A DNA stretch of 11,969 nucleotides, from contig CAVZSQ010000004.1 of the NCBI GenBank assembly GCA_963777955.1, forward strand, positions 1 to 11,969, in the 5' to 3' direction. This DNA comes from Calditrichia bacterium. Lineage in GTDB: Bacteria; Calditrichota; Calditrichia; JAJRVZ01. Made by a program: the position numbers and the translations under genes. Positions 8,043 to 11,969 of the stretch are shown here, piece after piece. The notes under the pieces are model-generated. The model saw nothing but the letters and a program-made list of their open reading frames with translations, was not told the DNA's origin and searched no databases. The number at the start of each line of letters is the position of its first letter. Positions within the stretch are counted from its first letter, which is position 1.

Positions 8043-8135
8043 CAAATTTGACCATCATCAGGGTTCTGCTGGACTCGTTCGACTCTCCCGCCGCAAGACG
8101 GCGGGATCGCTCACGACAAGCCTCATCCGCCCCGC
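8043..8135 (+). repeat. Direct repeat copy 2, right flank of the kinase gene, interrupted by a 46-nt insertion
   Basis: CAAATTTGACCATCATCAGGGTTCTGCTGGAC [8075-8120] CCTCATCCGCCCCGC; 27/32 and 13/15 identical to the two parts of copy 1. Confidence 0.8.
8075..8120. repeat. REP/MITE-like small palindromic insertion
   Basis: Present in repeat copy 2 and absent from copy 1. GTTCGACT and CGCTCACGACAAG flank a perfect 8-bp hairpin TCCCGCCG-CAAGA-CGGCGGGA (8086-8106). Confidence 0.65.
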
Positions 8136-8169
8136 TTTTGGTTGTTTCTAGTACTGCACAGTTCTTTAC

Positions 8170-8197
8170 TTGACTTTACATAAGTTTTAAATATATT
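8170..8197 (+). promoter_or_regulatory. Candidate sigma70-type promoter of the CotH-domain gene
   Basis: TTGACT (8170-8175) - 16 nt - TATATT (8192-8197), about 50 nt upstream of the ATG at 8250; an SD-like TAAGGT precedes the start. Confidence 0.55.
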
Positions 8198-8249
8198 AAA
8201 TTTTAAATCGATAATAGTATTTATACGCTATCATAATAAGGTTTGAACT

Positions 8250-11200
8250 ATGTTGAAAAATTCTACGATTGTCATTCTGTTCTTTCTTCTGTCCCTGGGT
8301 TCAAATGCTTTTACCCAGCAACAAGCTTATAATGGCACTCCCGGGCCAATTCCGGGGAAGATTGAAGCTGAGGATTATGATACAGGCGGTGAGGGTGTCG
8401 CCTATCACGATGATGATGCCAGCAATAACGGCGGCCAGTATAGAAATTCCGAAGGGGTGGATATTGAATCTTGCGGCGAAGGTGGTTATAACGTCGGTTG
8501 GATGAATGCCGGTGAGTGGATTGAATATACTATCAACGTGCTGGAAGCCGGAACTTATACCATAACCGTTCGCACAGCTTCGCAACCGGCCGAGGGGGGT
8601 AAATTTCACCTTGAATTTGCCGGGCAAAATCTGACCGGTACCCGTTCGGCGCCAAGTACGAACGACTGGCAGCAATATGTCAGCGTGGAAATTCCCGGGA
8701 TACAACTTTCGGCTGGACAACAGGTTATGCGGTTGGCGGTCGAGGTCGGTAATTTTAATCTGAATTATTTCCAATTCAGCCATATTTTTAATACGCAATA
8801 TCCCACGGTCTCGTTGACATATCCAAAGGATGGAGATAATTTTGAAATTAACAGTACTATTATATTGATAGCGGATGCTTTTGATTCGGATGGAACTATT
8901 GCCAAAGTTGAATTTTTTTCCAATGATGTAAAACTCGGTGAGGTGACAACAGAACCCTATGAGTTGAACTGGACCCCTGCTCAAATTGGTACCTGCACCC
9001 TCTATGCAATGGCCACGGATGATGTAGGTGCTGCCACTGAATCCGCACAGATTGAAATACAGATTATTCCGCCGATTCTGCCCGACAGCCCTGATTTTTC
9101 CCAGCAGCATGGTTTTTATAATACTGCCTTTAATTTGACAGTTTCCTGGGAGGCAGCTGACGCGACAATCCGTTATACGCTCGATGGGTCCGATCCTCGA
9201 AATAGTTCAACGGCATTTGAAGAAGCATCGCCGGTAACAATCCAGGTCGATCCGACGAACACCCAGGGCAGAGCTCAGACACCGGCCTTTGTCGTTCGTG
9301 CTTATGCTTTGATAAACGGGACGGCCGCCACCAATGTCGGAACCAATACTTATATTTTTGTAGAAAAGGTCAAGACTCAACAGTATCCCGGGGGTAATTG
9401 GCCGCAGGACGGCGTCAGAATCAATAATCGAATGATCGATTTATCAATGGATTCCAAGGTCACTGCCGATCCACGCTATCAAAACCTCATTGATGATGCG
9501 TTGTTAGCCATTCCGAGTATTTGTATCAATACAAACCTGGGCAGTTTATTTGATCCGGATACGGGAATTTACGTAAATCCCCTTGGATTCGGACCTGAAT
9601 GGGAGCGTGCCGTTTCGATCGAACTCATCGATCCTGATCAACAAGAGCCCGGTTTCCAGATCAACGGGGGTCTGCGAATCCGCGGGGGTTACAGCCGGAT
9701 AGGGGATCAATGGAAGCAGGCACTCCGTCTCTTTTTCCGGTGGGAATACGGCAAAGGCAAATTGGATTATCCGTTATTTCAGGATGAAGGTGTTTCGTCT
9801 TTTGACTGTGTTGATCTCCGCTGTGAACAGAATTACTCCTGGAGTTATATGGGTTACTCCGGTCATATCGGCACATTTTGCCGGGAACTGTTTTCCCGCG
9901 ATAGCCAGCGTGATATGGGACAGCCTTATACGCGTACCCGGTATTATCATGTCTACCTGGACGGAATGTACTGGGGCTTATATGAAACCCAGGAACGTTC
10001 CGAAGCCTCTTATGCCGAATCCTATTTCCGCGGTGACAAGGACGATTATGATGTTGTTAAAGTGGACCAGGAAAACAGGGTCATGACTATTGAAGCGACC
10101 GATGGCAATCTGGACGCTTATAATGATCTCTGGAGCGCAGCCATAGCCGGATTCCAAACTGACGAGGCTTACTTCAGAGCCCAGGGTAAAAATCCTGATG
10201 GGACGATCAATTTGGATTATCCCGTTCTTATCAATATTGACAACTTGATCGATTATATGCTTATTATTTTTTATACCGGTAATTTTGATTCGCCGGTCTC
10301 CGCCTTTGGGGGCAATTCAATGCCTAATAATTTCTATGGGATTTACAACCGGGCCGGCAGGAGCGGCTACATATTCTTCGCTCATGATGCCGAGCATTCG
10401 CTGATGGATCCCGAATACAGCGAAAACAGTGACTATGGATTGGACCGCACCGGACCTTACCCCTGCTGCGGTGCCAGTGAACAGTTTAATCCTCAATGCC
10501 TGCACCAGCAGCTCTCTGAAAACCCGGAATATCAGGTTTTATTTTCCGATCATGTTTACAGGCACTTCTTTAATCATGGCGTCTTGACACCCGCTGCTTC
10601 TGCAGAGCGGCTCTCGGCCCGCCGTGATGAAATTGACCTGGCGGTCATTGCCGAATCGGCACGCTGGGGCGATTCAAAAGTCAATCCGCCGCGGACAAAG
10701 GATGATGATTGGCTGCCGGCGGTAAATTGGATTTTGAATGACTATTTTCCAGCACGCACCGAAGTCGTACTTCAGCAGCTTAAAGATGATCTTCTTTATC
10801 CCGATATTGATCCGCCGGTGTTTAAGAATGGTTCTGCCGATATTCTGGATAACTCAATCACCTTGAGTTCAGGATCAAAAATTAAATTGGTGAATAACAA
10901 TACCGGCCAGACTGGTACGATTTATTATACGATTGATGGCACCGACCCGAGGCTGATCGGGGGCGCTTTGAATCCGTCGGGTTTGGATGGTGGAGATGAA
11001 AAAGAAATTACTGTTTCCTCAAATACGGTTTTAAAGGCACGTGTGAAAAATTCGAGCGTTTGGAGTGCGGTGCATGAGATTTTTATCAACGTTAACCAGG
11101 ATCTGGGCGCTTTGAAAATTACAGAAATCCATTACCACCCTCTTGATGAAGGAGTTATAGGCGGTTCGGAATTTGAATTCCTGGAGTTCAAGAATATTGG

Positions 11201-11888
11201 TTCGTCCGTTTTACCACTGGCCGGAGTGCATTTTACCAACGGTATTGATTATCAATTCCCTGCCAATTTCTCTGTAGCCCCTGGTGGTTTTGTGGTCATT
11301 GCTTCCAATACTGAAATGTTCAATCAGCGTTATGGATTTTTACCTCTGGGTGAATATACCGGACAACTCGATAATGCCGGTGAGCGGCTGACTTTAGTTG
11401 ATGCTTCGGGTGATACGCTTATATCGCTTCGTTACAATGATAAAGCCCCCTGGCCGATAGAACCGGACAGCACCGGACAATCACTGGTGTCCAGAGCAGT
11501 AACCCCTCTGGGCGATCCAGGCCTAGCTGAATACTGGACTGCTTCAAGGGAAATAAACGGTTCACCCGGGCGGGATGATGGTTCGAGCGGCTTCGAAGAA
11601 GAAAAAAACGTCGGTGAAAATCCCCGGACATTTGAGCTCGATCAAAACTATCCCAACCCGTTTAATCCAAAGACCATGATCAAATTCCAAATTCCAAATT
11701 CTAATTTTGTCACTTTGGCAATATATAACCTGCTTGGTCAGAAGGTGGCCACACTTGTTAATAAAAAAATGAATCAAGGAATGCATGAGATAGAATGGAA
11801 TGCAACTGACCTGGCCAGCGGGGTGTATCTGTATCAATTGCGGGCAGGAAATTATATGGAAACGAAGAAACTTGTTTTGTTGAGGTGA
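8250..11888 (+). CDS. Secreted multidomain CotH-family kinase: CBM6-like, Ig-like, Fn3-associated/CHB_HEX_C-like, CotH kinase, Fn3-associated, lamin-tail domain, T9SS CTD
   Basis: 1212-aa ORF with a signal peptide ending AFT|QQQ. IPGKIEAEDYDTGGEGVAYHD...YNVGWMNAGEWIEY...GNFNLNY (CBM6-like). PTVSLTYP...DSDGTIAKVEFF (Ig-like). IRYTLDGSDP and IYYTIDGTDP (Fn3-associated). LRIRGGYSR, YWGLYETQER, NIDNLIDY, GNFD...NNFY, FFAHDAEHSL (CotH-like). ITEIHYHP...EFLEFKN...LDNAGERLTL (lamin tail). DQNYPNPFNP...ETKKLVLLR (CTD). Confidence 0.88.
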   Translation: MLKNSTIVILFFLLSLGSNAFTQQQAYNGTPGPIPGKIEAEDYDTGGEGVAYHDDDASNNGGQYRNSEGVDIESCGEGGYNVGWMNAGEWIEYTINVLEAGTYTITVRTASQPAEGGKFHLEFAGQNLTGTRSAPSTNDWQQYVSVEIPGIQLSAGQQVMRLAVEVGNFNLNYFQFSHIFNTQYPTVSLTYPKDGDNFEINSTIILIADAFDSDGTIAKVEFFSNDVKLGEVTTEPYELNWTPAQIGTCTLYAMATDDVGAATESAQIEIQIIPPILPDSPDFSQQHGFYNTAFNLTVSWEAADATIRYTLDGSDPRNSSTAFEEASPVTIQVDPTNTQGRAQTPAFVVRAYALINGTAATNVGTNTYIFVEKVKTQQYPGGNWPQDGVRINNRMIDLSMDSKVTADPRYQNLIDDALLAIPSICINTNLGSLFDPDTGIYVNPLGFGPEWERAVSIELIDPDQQEPGFQINGGLRIRGGYSRIGDQWKQALRLFFRWEYGKGKLDYPLFQDEGVSSFDCVDLRCEQNYSWSYMGYSGHIGTFCRELFSRDSQRDMGQPYTRTRYYHVYLDGMYWGLYETQERSEASYAESYFRGDKDDYDVVKVDQENRVMTIEATDGNLDAYNDLWSAAIAGFQTDEAYFRAQGKNPDGTINLDYPVLINIDNLIDYMLIIFYTGNFDSPVSAFGGNSMPNNFYGIYNRAGRSGYIFFAHDAEHSLMDPEYSENSDYGLDRTGPYPCCGASEQFNPQCLHQQLSENPEYQVLFSDHVYRHFFNHGVLTPAASAERLSARRDEIDLAVIAESARWGDSKVNPPRTKDDDWLPAVNWILNDYFPARTEVVLQQLKDDLLYPDIDPPVFKNGSADILDNSITLSSGSKIKLVNNNTGQTGTIYYTIDGTDPRLIGGALNPSGLDGGDEKEITVSSNTVLKARVKNSSVWSAVHEIFINVNQDLGALKITEIHYHPLDEGVIGGSEFEFLEFKNIGSSVLPLAGVHFTNGIDYQFPANFSVAPGGFVVIASNTEMFNQRYGFLPLGEYTGQLDNAGERLTLVDASGDTLISLRYNDKAPWPIEPDSTGQSLVSRAVTPLGDPGLAEYWTASREINGSPGRDDGSSGFEEEKNVGENPRTFELDQNYPNPFNPKTMIKFQIPNSNFVTLAIYNLLGQKVATLVNKKMNQGMHEIEWNATDLASGVYLYQLRAGNYMETKKLVLLR
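11681..11701 (+). repeat. Perfect (CAAATTC)x3 tandem heptamer inside the CTD coding sequence
   Basis: CAAATTC CAAATTC CAAATTC followed by degenerate TAATTTT, encoding KFQIPNSNF. Confidence 0.8.
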
Positions 11889-11969
11889 TTCACCCACCCC
11901 TGTGGGATCAAAGGAGAGGATCAAATCGTAAGTCACCAGTGCCGGTCTCGCTGTTTCCAGGCGAAAACG

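Noticed and set aside
5280..8135. Direct repeats as a CRISPR array or integron attC sites
   Set aside because: Only two copies 2.7 kb apart, no spacer pattern or cas genes, and no RYYYAAC...GTTRRRY inverted-core structure.
8301..9110. 269-aa antisense ORF
   Set aside because: It lies wholly opposite the CBM6/Ig region of the 1212-aa gene and shows no domain features; most likely an antisense shadow.
11886..11910. Hairpin CCCAC-CCCT-GTGGG after gene 4 as an intrinsic terminator
   Set aside because: The 5-bp stem has no following U-tract; kept only as a possible member of the small palindrome family.

Overview
The window holds four large genes that look like those of an FCB-related bacterium such as Ignavibacteriota, KSB1 or Calditrichota. 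This is inferred from QNYPNPFN...ETKKLxLLR type IX secretion (T9SS) sorting domains occurring with Shine-Dalgarno-like sites and sigma70-like promoters. In order: an AT-rich ~750-nt non-coding stretch; two tandem secreted Asp-box/BNR beta-propeller proteins with T9SS C-terminal domains (CTDs); a minus-strand membrane Hanks-type Ser/Thr kinase-TolB-like-TPR gene split by a 1-nt frameshift; and a divergent 1212-aa secreted CBM6-Ig-CotH kinase-lamin-tail-CTD protein. The most unexpected structure is non-coding. The kinase gene is bracketed by two ~47-nt direct repeats (40/47 identical) whose ends resemble a tRNA 3' end, and a separate decayed 3' half of tRNA-Asp lies next to the left repeat. Short GC-rich TCCCG...CGGGA-type hairpins sit inside the right repeat, inside the tRNA-Asp relic and possibly in-frame in one CTD. 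Two CTDs also contain 7-nt tandem repeats in the same register. No integrase, intact RNA gene or CRISPR array is visible, so the mobility interpretation is an inference.
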